DNA of 64,000 nucleotides from the NCBI RefSeq assembly GCF_006345805.1, contig NC_042998.1:42284001-42348000 (forward strand). The letters are read 5' to 3'. Position 1 is the first letter of the stretch. Each line of letters starts with the position of its first letter. Positions 36,935-48,957 of this stretch are shown one piece after another. The position numbers were made by a program, and so were the translations under genes. The DNA is from Octopus sinensis. Lineage: Eukaryota. A model generated the notes under the pieces. The model was not told the origin of the DNA. It was given only the letters and a program-made list of their open reading frames with translations, and did not search any database.

Positions 36935-37166
36935 TGCCACTGAAAAGAGAGCTCAAGAATATGAGAATCGAGCAGACGTTGCTGAATTTGAACTAATTCA
37001 GCTACAGGGAAAATTACAAGCAATGAGTAAAATAGGCAAAGATTTGAATACATCAGCCATTCCGATTTCAGATAAAATCACCGAATCCACTAGTTTACCC
37101 TCAACACAAACAGGGAAAGCTCTAAAGAAATCTCTAGTAAAAACCCCAAAGAGTAAAAAGAAATAA
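36935..37166 (+). CDS. Gene A terminal coding exon (ATEKRAQEYENRADVAEFELIQLQ...KTPKSKKK*)
   Basis: ttttctttttgtttgcag| acceptor, phase 2, stop TAA at 37164-37166, AATAAA about 25 nt downstream. Confidence 0.8.
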
Positions 37167-38648
37167 TTTATATTTTTCTTTACAAAGAAAATAAATGTAA
37201 TAATAGATTTACAAAATGTCTTTGACTTAATAAATTCTGTTTGAATGACCATATGACTCTGAAAAAGCTCTGTGTTGTTTTTAATTATTGAATTTTACTT
37301 TAACTCACACAAATTAAATTGATACTGCATAATTAATCACGATGAATACATAACTGATTGTATTACTCTAATTTATCTTCAATCTCTAGGATTTTACTGT
37401 TATTTCTAACCGTTGAGTTTTGATTGTAAATGGATTTATGCCAATTGTCATTTCACTTGTTGAAATTGCACAAATCTGAGAATCTTCAATCTCATTTTTA
37501 TATTTATTAAATGAATGCGATGTTGTGCTTTGAACTACACCCTGTCAGCACAATGTATAGGGAACAATGTTGACAAGGGGCTCATTTTCATCTATGTTTT
37601 CCTGTATTACCTTTTAGTTTAAATTATTCACTCAAAATTCTATATACAGGGTGAGCCAAAAGAGGCACCCAATTCCTGTTTTAGGGTTGATATGTATGAC
37701 TTCCCAATTGAGAGATATACTTTTGACTCCTTGTTCTTGTTCTATGGGTTGGGATATCAACAACGTAATACATGATCCAGATTTAGTAACTTTCAAAACT
37801 ATCAGTAATAACCTACAAAACAATAAAGAAAGGCACAACTTCTTGGAAACTAGGTGCTATTTGACTCGCTCTGTATTTTCATGCAATAAAAGTCAAGTAA
37901 ATCTAAATACTTTAAATTCTCTGAAAATACATTTATCACTTATGATTAAAAATGATGTGAAGTTCAAGACAGCTCATTAAATTTCATTTGCATTCAAAAA
38001 ATTCTTTACTGAATTATAATTCTTGTACTTTTTTTTCTATATTTGTTTATAGTTATTCTTTACTTGCTTCATTGATAACTTGAAAATTGTCTGTTTTGCT
38101 TCACTCAGCTCTCTCTTTACAGCAATACACACTGTTTACCATGTTTATTACATTTTCCACTATAATTTTAAAAATCAATACATAACAGATTGGTTAGAAT
38201 GTATTAGGAATTAATCACAAGACAGATTCTTCAAGCTAAGCAACTAGCAGGAGACCTAGGGTTTAGACTAAGATTGAGATGGTTGGATAATATCTATGGT
38301 GTCAGCTGGTCATGCTTGGGAATTCAACAGGAAAGTGTTATGGTTATTTCTAATAGGACCCTATTGAAGAGTTGCATGAAGACTCTATCTTCATTACCCT
38401 ACAAGAAATAGTGGATAGCAAAAATGGATGGATTGAATATATAATAAATCTAGTGAAATTAGAACTTAAAATATTTGTTATCAAACCAATATCTAATAGG
38501 AATGTTTTACCCAAATTTATTTACACTGCTGATGTTATTCAAATTGTATTAACATTTCCGGATTCTATTTTAACTTAAATTGTAAATCTTTTCCAAAATA
38601 TTCATATTTCATGACTCATGCATGATGTTTATGACATTAGGGGTTTTC

Positions 38649-38822
38649 TCATTTTCCAGAAAATATTTTAGATTCATCAATGAAAGTGTCATCATGTTTT
38701 TCAAAATTTGAAATGAATTTCTTTTGACTATTAGACTGAAGGCAATTCCTCAAATACCCTGAAGGTTTTGGGACTTTTGTTATTGGGCATATTTCTTGTA
38801 CAGGTTCATTTGTCCAAATTTT
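38649..38822 (-). CDS. Gene B terminal coding exon (KIWTNEPVQEICPITK...SKIFSGK*)
   Basis: Minus-strand aatattttcag| acceptor, phase 0, 174 bp ending in TGA. Confidence 0.8.
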   Translation of the reverse strand, partial: KIWTNEPVQEICPITKVPKPSGYLRNCLQSNSQKKFISNFEKHDDTFIDESKIFSGK

Positions 38823-39023
38823 CTGAAAATATTAAAAAATATATATATTATTAATTTTAACTTTGAAAAGGTAAAAAAAAAACAATCTTTTCCTATCACA
38901 TTTTGATAATAGACAACTGGATTAACTAATCTGATAATGAAGGAATTGCTTATCACATCCAAAATTTGATTTTCTTTTTTCTTTTTGCTGTTTTTCAAGA
39001 ATTGTGCATTCAAAGTTATGTAT

Positions 39024-39479
39024 CTTTTATCTTTTACTTGTTTCAATCATTGGACTATGGCCATGTTTTGGCATTTTCTTGAAGGGTTTTAGTCAAACAA
39101 ATTGACCCCAGTGTTTATTTTAAGTTTGCTATTTACTCTATCAGTCTCTTGCCAAATTGCTAAGTTCTGAGGATGTAAACAAACTAGCACCATTTGTCAA
39201 GTGGTATGGGGTGTACAAACACAAACACAAAGGCACATATACATACATGCACACATGTGCACACACACACACACTCACACACACCACACACACATGTATG
39301 TATATATATATATATAAAAAGGGCCTCCACACAGTTTCATCTACCAAATTCATTCACAAGACATTGGCGAGCCTGAGGCTAGAATAGAAAACACTTGCCC
39401 AAGTGTTGTAATGTGGCAGTGAACCTGAAATCATGTGGTTGCAAAGTGAGCTTCTTGGCCACACAGTCATGCCTGCGTC
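39024..39479 (-). mobile_element. SINE family A, full length
   Basis: Inverted homologue of 39781-40168. Confidence 0.8.
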
Positions 39480-39780
39480 TATGCAGAGGTGCTGAAAAAT
39501 TCTTGGCTTTAAACGTATTGTGAAAGGCCTGGTTGGAGGACTAACCTTCTGAGTTCTCTTACAGGGCTTAGAAAAACTGAAGAACCACTGCAGTAAGTGT
39601 GTGAATCTGAAATAACCATCATAAAATTATAATTAATTGATCATCCAGGAACTTTTCAGTACCCCTTTGTACATATACATTTTAGGTTATTTTAATGTCT
39701 TTATTTAGTTTCATTATTCTTAGATCACTATACAAATATGTTTTAACATTTAGTTTGTTTATAAAAAATAATGATCAATA

Positions 39781-40168
39781 GGCGTAGGAGTGGCTGTGTG
39801 GTAGTAGCTTGCTTACCAACGACATGGTTCCGGGTTCAGTCCCACTACATGGCACCTTGGGCAAGTGTCTTCTACTATAGCCTCGGGCCAACCAAAGCCT
39901 TGTGAGTGGATTTGGTAGCCAGAAACTGAAAGAAGTCCGTTGTATATATGTATATATGTGTTTATGTGTCTGTGTTTGTCCCCCCATCACTTGACAACCG
40001 ATGCTGGTGTGTTTACATCCCTGTAACTTAGTGGTTTGGCAAAAGAGACTGATAGAATAAGTACTAGGCTTACAAAGAATAAATCCTGGTGTTGATATTC
40101 TCGACTGAAGGCGGTGCTCCAGCATGGCCACTGTCAAATGACTGAAACAAGTAAAAGAGTAAAAGAGT
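39781..40168 (+). mobile_element. SINE family A, full length, low divergence
   Basis: ggcgtaggagtggctgtgtgg...gggttcagtccc...ccttgggcaagtgtctt... with (GAGTAAAA)n tail. Confidence 0.9.
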
Positions 40169-40737
40169 AATTAAAAATTAAAATTCTGTAGGCTGTGCTC
40201 AAATTATTTCCTTGGTTTTCTTACTCCGTTTAGCTTGTTAAAACTTCTTGCATATTTACAAATATTAGGGAGCTCCTTATATGGTAAGTCATTATTCAAT
40301 GTGTTCTTTCTTCTTTAAAACAGTTGGTGGGAATATGAGGAAAATTTGGGCACTAATTTAAGCATGTTGAGAAGCTGCATTATATAGCTTAAACATGGAT
40401 TTGTTTACTGATTAGTGAGTCAGATCTAGTAATAAATTAAAAGAACTATCTTTCTTGACTGAAATTAATGTTAACTTTAAGACTAAGTAGTATATTTGCA
40501 AAGCTGTAAAAGTAAACATAAGACAGAAAAATACTGTGATTGTAAAACTTGTTAAATAACACATTCTTTATTTACTATATTGAAACAACCTCTTATAATT
40601 CTTCTAAATTACTATAATAATAACCTAGAATATTTCTACTAAATTATTAGAAAAGCTATCTTAATTTACTTTGCTACAGATATAGAACAAATTTTATACA
40701 TTATTACAACCTTAAAAGAATCTAAAGGTTGTCTTAC

Positions 40738-40825
40738 TTCATCTGGTTCCCTTCTCCACCTCAAAACTGGTTCTTCATCACCATGGAAACCACTGAAGCT
40801 CAATATTAATGGTTCTTCATTAATT
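40738..40825 (-). CDS. Gene B coding exon (INEEPLILSFSGFHGDEEPVLRWRREPDE)
   Basis: catttacag| acceptor and GAA|gtaaga donor; 88 bp, phase 2-0. Confidence 0.85.
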
Positions 40826-41767
40826 CTGTAAATGTTAATCAAGGGGAAAATATTATCACAAAAAGAAAAAGAAATGTTTGATATCTATTTATTCTTATTT
40901 GCTTGTACAATAATTAACTTAAGTTTGCTGATTCAGAAAGATTTTATTTATTTATTCAATCAATGCCAAATTGTATTAAGCTGGTGCAGAAGGGTATAAT
41001 TTAATGTTAAACTTTTGACCAATAAAAAAAAATTCAGAAATAAACACTAAATTAAAGAACAAAATCTTATCAATTGATTAAAAATGTCATAAGATATTCA
41101 TTCTAGTATCTTGTATCAATTTAATGAATTTTTTTTATTAAGTACAAGATTAGTACTTATCGGTGAATGAACATCATTGATAGAATGATTTTAATATGTT
41201 ACTTTTAAAGATAAATTGGTAAGCTAGCAGAATCATTAGCATGCTGGGCAAAATGCTTAGCAGCATTTCATCCATTTTTACATTCTAAGTTAAAATTCCA
41301 CCAAGGTCAACTTTGCCTTTTGTCCTTTTGGGGTCAATAAATAAATGCAGGTTGAGCACTGGGTTTGATGTAATCGACTTACTCACTCCCCCAAAATTGC
41401 TGGCCTTGCACCAAAATTTGAAACCAATATATTACTTTTAAAGACAATGATTTTGATTTTAATAATATTTTTAAAAGGATTAAAAGCAGTTTCAACTCCA
41501 ACAGGATTTGAACTCTGAAGAATAATGCATCAAACTAGATAAGTATCTAGTTAAGCAATGCACAGTTTTAATCACCTATAACATCCCTTTGATCTTTTCT
41601 TATCTTAAAATATCTTTTGCTAAATGTTCATTTCATACCCATCCAATAATGGAAAGGTTCAATGCTTATAACTTAATAGTGAAGCTGAAAGTTATGAGAC
41701 AGTGGTTACTTAAAGGATTACATAGCTATAGAACATTCAATACTACTTCTATTGCTGCTGCTGATGA

Positions 41768-41805
<38 letters not shown>

Positions 41806-42205
41806 TACTACTACTACTACTACTACTCCACTACTCTACTACTATGCAATATAATTTAATTCTAAATGAGCAAAAAAGATCTTGGTTTGCGAGTTTTTAT
41901 CATGTATGTTTGACCCATGAGCTATTCTGTTACTGGTAGAGAGCATAACAGTCTAGAATGACATATTTAATAGCAATTGCTTCAATTTAAATGGCAGTAA
42001 AATCCCAACCAGTTGATATTATGAGCCAATACAAATTAAGTAGTATCAGATTATAATGTATGAAATTATTATCCTAAGTACCAAGCTTGGAAGTTCTAAT
42101 TCATGGCAATTAAATTTACCAACTCATATTTCAAACAATTTTGTAAGAAGGAAACAACTAATTCAATAGTTTAACTAAAGATATAAAGATTGTTGCACTA
42201 CTTAC

Positions 42206-44211
42206 TTAGCCTCCAGAAGGCAAGCCACTGGTTTCTCTGATATCTTTAGTCTAGCAATAAGATTTAAATAAAGTGAGTCTGAGATGTCTAAAATACTAGG
42301 AGATGATGTTGAATTTGGAGTGTTGAAACTGCCGAGTTTTCTATTATAAAACTTGAAGTCTTCTCCATCAATCGTTGACAAACTACATGCCTCAAAACTA
42401 TTTGAAGCAAGTTCTGTTGCACATGTAGATGAAAGGTCACTGATATTGCTGGAAAATGATAGTTTTCGATCCAAAATTTCTTTAGTCTGTTTAACGTCGT
42501 ACTCAGAAAATTCCAATCGATACTTTGATTCATGGTAGTCATGAAGGGATGCTTTCGACTGATCAGTCTTTGGTGGTTCTTTTTCATTTAAGAAATGTAT
42601 CTTATTAGTCATGCTTGGAATAAACTTAACTGAAATATGATCAGACTCCATTTTCTGTGTCATCAAAACATCTGCTGATGGTATTTGTTTGACCAAATTT
42701 TCATTATCAATTATTCTATTACTAAAATAATTTCCTTCTTTAAGTTGGTCATATTTTGATAAGTTACTTGAATAGGGAGCAATTTCTTTTGGTTGCTGGT
42801 TGATATACGTTAATTTATTGCTGTTAGATTCACATCTGTAATTATAGTTTGATGAGGAATCTTGGTTCATTTGATTACTGAAGGAATTCTGTCTTTCAAT
42901 AATAGCATTTCTACTTTGAGATTTTCCATTTTCTTTATTCTCCTTAAAGTGGGTTTCTTCATTGCCATTCTCACACTTTGTTTTCATCAGTTTTTCTAAT
43001 TTATTTGTTGAAGGTAAATTATTTTCTGAACTTTTTTTCTGTACTTTGGACCATGTCCTTGGTGATACCTCTTGTTTATTATTTAAAACCCTTGTTGGAT
43101 TGTAGAATGCCTTTCCTGAGGAAACGCCATTGATACTACTTTCTCTTTCTTGACACTGCTCTTTGTTTAAATTAGATAAGCTTGCCTCATTATTGTTATG
43201 CTGTGTCTTCGTGTTTTGGATTCCATTAATGTTTTGATCACAGAACTCAGGTTTAATTGTAAATTGTTTTGGTAATTCTTTACTTTTGTTGCCATTTAAC
43301 AAACTAATTTCAGCTTTATCATACATTGTTTCTTCAGATTTTAACAATATTTCATTGTTATTTTTGTTAGTATTTAAGAAACATTGTGGAGAGTTAGTAT
43401 GTGATAAATTTTGAGAATAATGTTGCTCATTTATTTTGGAAAGTTCTATTGTTTTAAGATCAGTAATTAGCTCTGATGGAGAATCTTCCAACGGACATGC
43501 CTTAATTTCTTTTAGTGATTCATCAAGATTATTGAGATATATTTCACCACTTTCTGTTTGCTGCTCACTTAAAGAGGGCTGCAATTCCAGAATGGCCTGC
43601 TTGTCTTGCTTTATAACTGTTTCATTTAAATGAGAGAAATTGTTACTGGAAGGATTTTGTTCAGGTATAACATGACAAATTGTAGAATCTAATAAATCTA
43701 TTCCTTCTGCAGATTGTCGATTGGTTACATTATCAATGACATCTGGAAGAATGTTTTTAGAGCTAATCTCCAACTTTTCAATCAAGGAATGATCATTTAC
43801 TTTTGAGTTGTAAGCAGTTGTTCTTGTCATGTCCTCATGAAATAACTCATTGGCTTTGTTATTGAAATCAGATATTGATTTCTGTTTATTAGAACATAAT
43901 TCTGTATTCTCTTGGTTTAGCTGCCATAATGTTTCTTTATTATTGTTCTGCTCGTCTTCCATTAATGTTTCATTAGACAGTGTGTCATCATTACAGGAAG
44001 CTAATATACAAGGGATATCATTTTCAAGAAATAGCTCATTGTTCTCCATTAGGTTTTTCTTGTAGTCATCAGCTGATGCAAGCTCTTTCATAACAGCTGG
44101 TGGTGAAAAGATCTCATAGATGGATAAGTTACCATCTCCTACACCAATCCAGAGCATATTATCATGAGGTAAAAAGCAAGTAACCCTTTGTTCATTTAGT
44201 TTTTCATCATC
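42206..44211 (-). CDS. Gene B 2006 bp coding exon: propeller blade motif followed by ~600 aa of low-complexity sequence
   Basis: (ct)n-tag| acceptor, DDEKLNEQRVTCFLPHDNMLWIGVGDGNLSIYEI..., contains ORF 42202-44157, AA|gtaagt donor; phase 0-2. Confidence 0.85.
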
Positions 44212-44682
44212 CTAGAGAGAGAGAGAGAGAGAGAGAGAGGTAAATATTAGTAAGCAATCTCAGTATAACGATTTAAATTATAGATTAATAGTGTTTCTTA
44301 GATCATACTTTTAGTTTGAATACTACCAATGAATAAGAATATACCAATAACTTTTAAATTTCTTATTAGAATAACTGTATGCATATTGCACCAACGTATG
44401 AAATATATTAATAATAGGTTGTAAAAATTAAGAAAATAAATAACAGTGCTAGATGAGTTGTGGTGCAACACATACACATGAAATGATTTTTTTGATATTG
44501 TTGAGTGGTTAGTAATGAGAATTCAACTCTAAAATAAGGTATTTCCTTGAACAAATCAAGCACCTAAAAACTACTGCTTAGCTGATACATATTTCCAGCA
44601 GTGAAAAAGACTGCAGTTTGTAGTGTCGAAACCATAACATAATTTCTGTTGTGAGTATAAATTTAGGATTCGTTTCTTGATT

Positions 44683-44818
44683 CTGGATCCCGTATTTCAG
44701 CGACAGATGTTTTGAAGCTATTCACATGATTTCGTTAATAAAAGTATTTTACATAAATCATTGGACATTTGAAAGGCAGATATAGAACTCAGTGTCCTGA
44801 AATGAAATTCTAATCATA
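44683..44818 (-). pseudogene. Decayed tandem duplicate of gene B exon 44839-45031
   Basis: tttcatttcag|G ACA CTG AGT TCT... gives TLSSISAFQMSNDLCKILLLTKSCE*, versus TLDSISSFQLSDNPYEIVLSMKPCEH. A ~14 nt deletion shifts the frame, then SVAEIRDP aligns with SVTEIWDP. Confidence 0.85.
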
Positions 44819-44838
44819 TACAATAGGTAAATTTGTAC

Positions 44839-45031
44839 CTCTTTTGGAATAGGAATCCATCCATTTCTGATATCATACTTCATTTTACAAGTCAACAAAT
44901 CTGGATCCCATATTTCAGTAACAGAAGATCCTTTTAAGCTAATCCATACTCCATGTTCACATGGTTTCATCGATAAAACTATTTCATATGGATTGTCAGA
45001 CAGTTGAAAGGAAGATATGGAGTCCAGTGTC
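44839..45031 (-). CDS. Gene B coding exon (TLDSISSFQLSDNPYEIVLSMKPCEHGVWISLKGSSVTEIWDPDLL...IPKE)
   Basis: ttctattgcag| acceptor and GAG|gtacaa donor; 193 bp, phase 2-0. GVWISLKGSS resembles, from memory, the GVWVTLKGSA propeller motif of ARHGEF17. Confidence 0.85.
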
Positions 45032-45789
45032 CTGCAATAGAATTCTAATTATCACTAAAAATGAATGTGTTTTACGATCATTTTATATTCATTATCATTT
45101 TCAAGTTAATTCCTGGCTTTAAGGATAAAATGTTTGAAACTGTGTGGAATGCTAATGATATTAAATATATCTAGAATCTCTTTCTAAATTATATTTCTAG
45201 ATTAAGGATCTATATATTAAAGTATTATTAATGACTTATAAACCCTTAGTTTACTTCTAAAAACTTTGTATCTCAGTGATTCAACAGAAAATTATAGTGG
45301 AATGTTTCTCTGTTGATTTATCCAATTTCATGGCAGGGTTTAGCTTAAAATTGCAAGTTTACAAAAATATTTGTCAATTATAATTGCAAGTGTGTGTGGT
45401 CTAGTAGCTTTTAGCAATGTAATGCTATTTATTTTAGGTTCCTCTTCAGCTTCAAGCAGACATAGACACAGATATCCTCTTGGCATACCTAACTTAACTT
45501 AGTGAAACGCCATGAATGTAACAACTAGAAGGAGAGAAAACCACATAAGCACTACTGTGATAGTCATTTAAGGCTGGAAGGGCTGAAGCAATGTGAAATT
45601 AAGTACCTTGCTCCAGATACAATGTGCTACCTGGTCCAGAAAACCAAACCACGAGCTTATGATTGTGAGCTCAACATTCTAACCACTAGACTATGTACCT
45701 TCACTGTTAATTATATTGGATATCTAATACTTTCAACAGGAAACTTTTCCTTTCTCCAACAAATCAAATTTGATTATTGGCATCTGTGC

Positions 45790-46243
45790 TAGTGGAGCGC
45801 TAAGAGTACCAAACAAGTGTGATCGTTGCCAGAGCAACAAGCTGGCCTCTGTGTCGGTGGCACGTAAAAAGCACCATTCGAGCATGATCGTTACCAGCGT
45901 TACCTTACTGGCACTTCTGCTGGTGGCATGTGAAAAACATTCGAGCAAGGTCGTTGCCAGTGCCACTGGACTGGCTCCTGTGCAGGTGGCACATAAAAAG
46001 CACCATTTGAGCATGGCTGTTGCCAATACCGCCTGACTGGCCCTTGTGCCGGTGGCATGTAAAAGCACCCACTACACTCTCGAGTGGTTGGCATTAGGAA
46101 GGGCATCCAGCTGTAGAAACTCTGCCAGATCTGATTGGAGCCTGGTGCAGCCATCTGATTCGCCAGTCCTCAGTCAAATCGTCCAACCCATGCTAGCATG
46201 GAAAGCGGACGTTAAACGATGATGATGATGATGATGATGATGA
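45790..46243 (+). mobile_element. RTE-LINE 3' end with about four hairpin units
   Basis: Repeated gtg(c/t)cggtggcac/at-taaaaagcacc units, shared terminal segment, (GAT)n tail. Confidence 0.85.
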
Positions 46244-46327
46244 ATAACTATCTAAACTAAGATAGACTGTGTCATTAATAGTTAAGAGCTTTCACTAAGA
46301 TTATAATATTTTATCAATAATGGAATA

Positions 46328-46555
46328 TTAACCCTTTAGCATTCAAATTGCTTTGTCAAATGTACTGCTTATTTATTCACATTGTTTTGAATTAATCAAG
46401 CATTTTCTTGTAGCTTCAAGATTTTGATGATGTGATTGTTTATTTTTAGAATGACATTGTAGTGTAGGTATGAGATGTTGGATCTGGTCACTTTGAACAT
46501 AAAAGAGGCAGAATATTTTAGTTGGATATGGTCAATTTAAATGCTAAAGAGTTAA
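46328..46555. mobile_element. piggyBac-type MITE
   Basis: TTAA-CCCTTTAGCATT ... AATGCTAAAGAG-TTAA. Confidence 0.8.
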
Positions 46556-46769
46556 TCAGATTTTCAATTCATTGAAAAGTCTTAGCATATTATTGGCTTT
46601 TCTCTCTGTGTCTCAGACATGCAGGGTACTTATTAAAGAATTGTTTTTAACTTTTCAAAAATAGTAATAAACTTTCTGAAAGGAGGTTTCAGAAAGTTCA
46701 ACATTATATCAAATCAATGCTTTGTTAAATTTCATTTCACCTTATTTAAATAAGATGTCTTTTATTTCT

Positions 46770-46973
46770 TTATCCTTTACTAGTTTCAGTCATTAGACTG
46801 TGGTCATGCTGGGGCTTCGCCTTGAAGGATTTTAGTTGACCAAATCGACCCCAGTACTTATATTTTAATTTTGTTACTTATATTGATAACTTTTGCCAAA
46901 CCACCAAGTTACAGGGGTGTAAACACACCAACACTGGTTGTCAAGCAGTTGTGGGGACAAACACAGACACAAA

Positions 46974-47014
<41 letters not shown>

Positions 47015-47358
47015 AAAGCACTCAGTTCACTCTATGGAGTGGCTGGTATTAGGAAGGGCATCCAGCTGTAAAAACCATACCAAAACAGACACAATAGTGT
47101 AGTGTAGTCTTCTATCTGGCCAGCTCCTGTCAAACCATCCAACCCATGCCAGCATGGAAGACGGACGTTAAATGATGATGATGATGATGATGATGATATA
47201 TGATGGGCTTCTTTCAGTTACCATCTACTAAATCCACAAGGCTTTGGTTGGCTTGAGATTATAGGAGAAGACACTTTCACAAAGTGCCACACAGTTGGAC
47301 CAAATCCAGAACCATGTAGCTGGGAAGCATACTTCTTATTACACAGCCACACCTGTGC
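46770..47358 (-). mobile_element. SINE family A interrupted by an RTE 3' end (+ strand, 47010-47197)
   Basis: 3' half at 46770-47008, RTE tail with (GAT)n, then the SINE head at 47200-47358. Confidence 0.8.
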
Positions 47359-47494
47359 CTCATATAAATAGATAAATATTTTCCTTGATGCCTAAACATT
47401 GGTTTAAGTATCTCTCAAATGATATGATATCCTTACTTCCCATGACTGAAATTATTATCCTCTTCATCTCACTATAAATAATAATAATAATAAT

Positions 47495-47690
47495 ATCTCT
47501 GTAGTTGTAGGTGCATTAGGAACTATCCCTAAAGATTTGAACAGATGAGGAAATAGGCATAACACCTAGTTTAGAGCAGCTCCACAAAACAGTATTATTA
47601 GGTACAGCTAGGATGCTTACAAGGTTTTTTGACATCTAAGGTTATTTGTTGTAGCCCAATGTTAGGAATTTTTCTTTTCCAACAGTCAAT
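47495..47690 (+). mobile_element. 3' end of an REL-endonuclease-type (R4/Dong-like) non-LTR retrotransposon
   Basis: ISVVVGALGTIPKDL, then after a frameshift EEIGITPSLEQLHKTVLLGTARML; flanked by (TAA)n on both sides. Confidence 0.65.
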
Positions 47691-47697
47691 AATAATA

Positions 47698-47732
<35 letters not shown>

Positions 47733-47764
47733 AATAATGATAATAATAATAATAATGATAATAA

Positions 47765-47950
47765 TTTTAGCACAAGGTCAGCAAGTTCAAGGAGTGGGGT
47801 AGTCAATAACATCCACCTCAGTGTTCAACTGGTACTTATTTTATCAGCCCTGAAAGGATGGAAGGCAAAGTTGACCTCAGTAGAATTTGAACTCAGAACA
47901 TAAAGACAGACCACATGCTGCTAAGTGACGTGCTAATGATTCTGCCAGCT
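47765..47950 (-). mobile_element. SINE family C
   Basis: ggtacttattttatc...gaaaggatggaaggcaaagttgacctc...gaatttgaactcagaac. Confidence 0.75.
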
Positions 47951-48820
47951 GTGACTCTAAGCAGTAAACTAAGAGAAAGCATCTTTATCAATATTTTAGA
48001 AATTTTAAGAACTTTACTATAAGTAATCAATATAAAAAAAAGAAAGAAATATGTGAATTCTATGCATCTTTCTCCTTATAATTCCTTAATTTTAAATTCA
48101 ATACCTTTGCTATTTATTTTTATTTAGTCAGCAGAAGTTATAGAGTAATTCAAGGGTTGGGAGTTTTGTGCTTTGGAACTTAAACATTTAGCATCAAACA
48201 TATATGAAAAAAGACATACATATCTCATTACACAGTCATCTTCTTTCAGAACATAGATTTGGGACAGGTAATTAAAGCTGAAGTCATTTCAGCCTGAAGG
48301 TGTGTAATAGAAAAAAAAAAAAGAACAAGAAAAGAAGAGTATTTCTACATAAGCTATTATTCTAGCTATGACTATCATATCTTTTTAGAAATATATACGA
48401 CTAAATTATTGAGTGTATTTTTTCTTAAGACCATAGAGTGTAATGTAAGGAAGATTTGTTCAGTGACCATGTGGAGGTTCCCATTGAATCAGAATATAAG
48501 GATTAGGAACATATACAGCTCAGACTGCAAGTCCAAAAGAGAAAATGCCATTTGTTTCTGGTTATCCAAAAATAAGTGAGCAAAAAGTTGTCAGTTAAAT
48601 GCATGTATATATGCAAGTATCTGTGCAAGTCAAAGTGTATGTGTGTGTGTGTAGCTTTATGAATTGTGTATGTATGTTTGTGTAGTTTTAGTTTAGGACT
48701 AGGAATAGTACCCATAGCCTTCTTAATCCCTCTTAAAATGTGAGGATTTAATTACTGATGCATGTGTGTACTGGAACATGATTTAAAAGTTAATATATGA
48801 ATATGACAAATTTTCCATAC

Positions 48821-48957
48821 AAAGCAGATAGGATAAAAACTCTGTTGGCTGAGGCACACCACAAGGTGTCTTCCCAGATAAGAAGAGATGTGATTGGTGC
48901 CTGGTTTAGTGGAATATACAAGACATCTGCAAGACTATTTGGGCTGATAGATGCATC
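48821..48957 (-). CDS. Gene B coding exon (DASISPNSLADVLYIPLNQAPITSLLIWEDTLWCASANRVFILSA)
   Basis: ttttaattttcag| acceptor and TT|gtatgg donor; 137 bp, phase 0-2. PITSLL...LWCASANRVFIL resembles, from memory, PITKMV...LWCGCQNRVLVL in ARHGEF17/JIP propellers. Confidence 0.85.

Noticed and set aside
37645-37675. TA-CAGGGTGAGCCAAAA, a Tc1/mariner-like TIR start (similar at about 7998)
   Set aside because: No matching opposite end or transposase sequence was found nearby.
39781-39850. tRNA-like heads with A and B boxes (also in families C and D)
   Set aside because: They do not complete a cloverleaf and continue into SINE bodies, so they are not tRNA genes.
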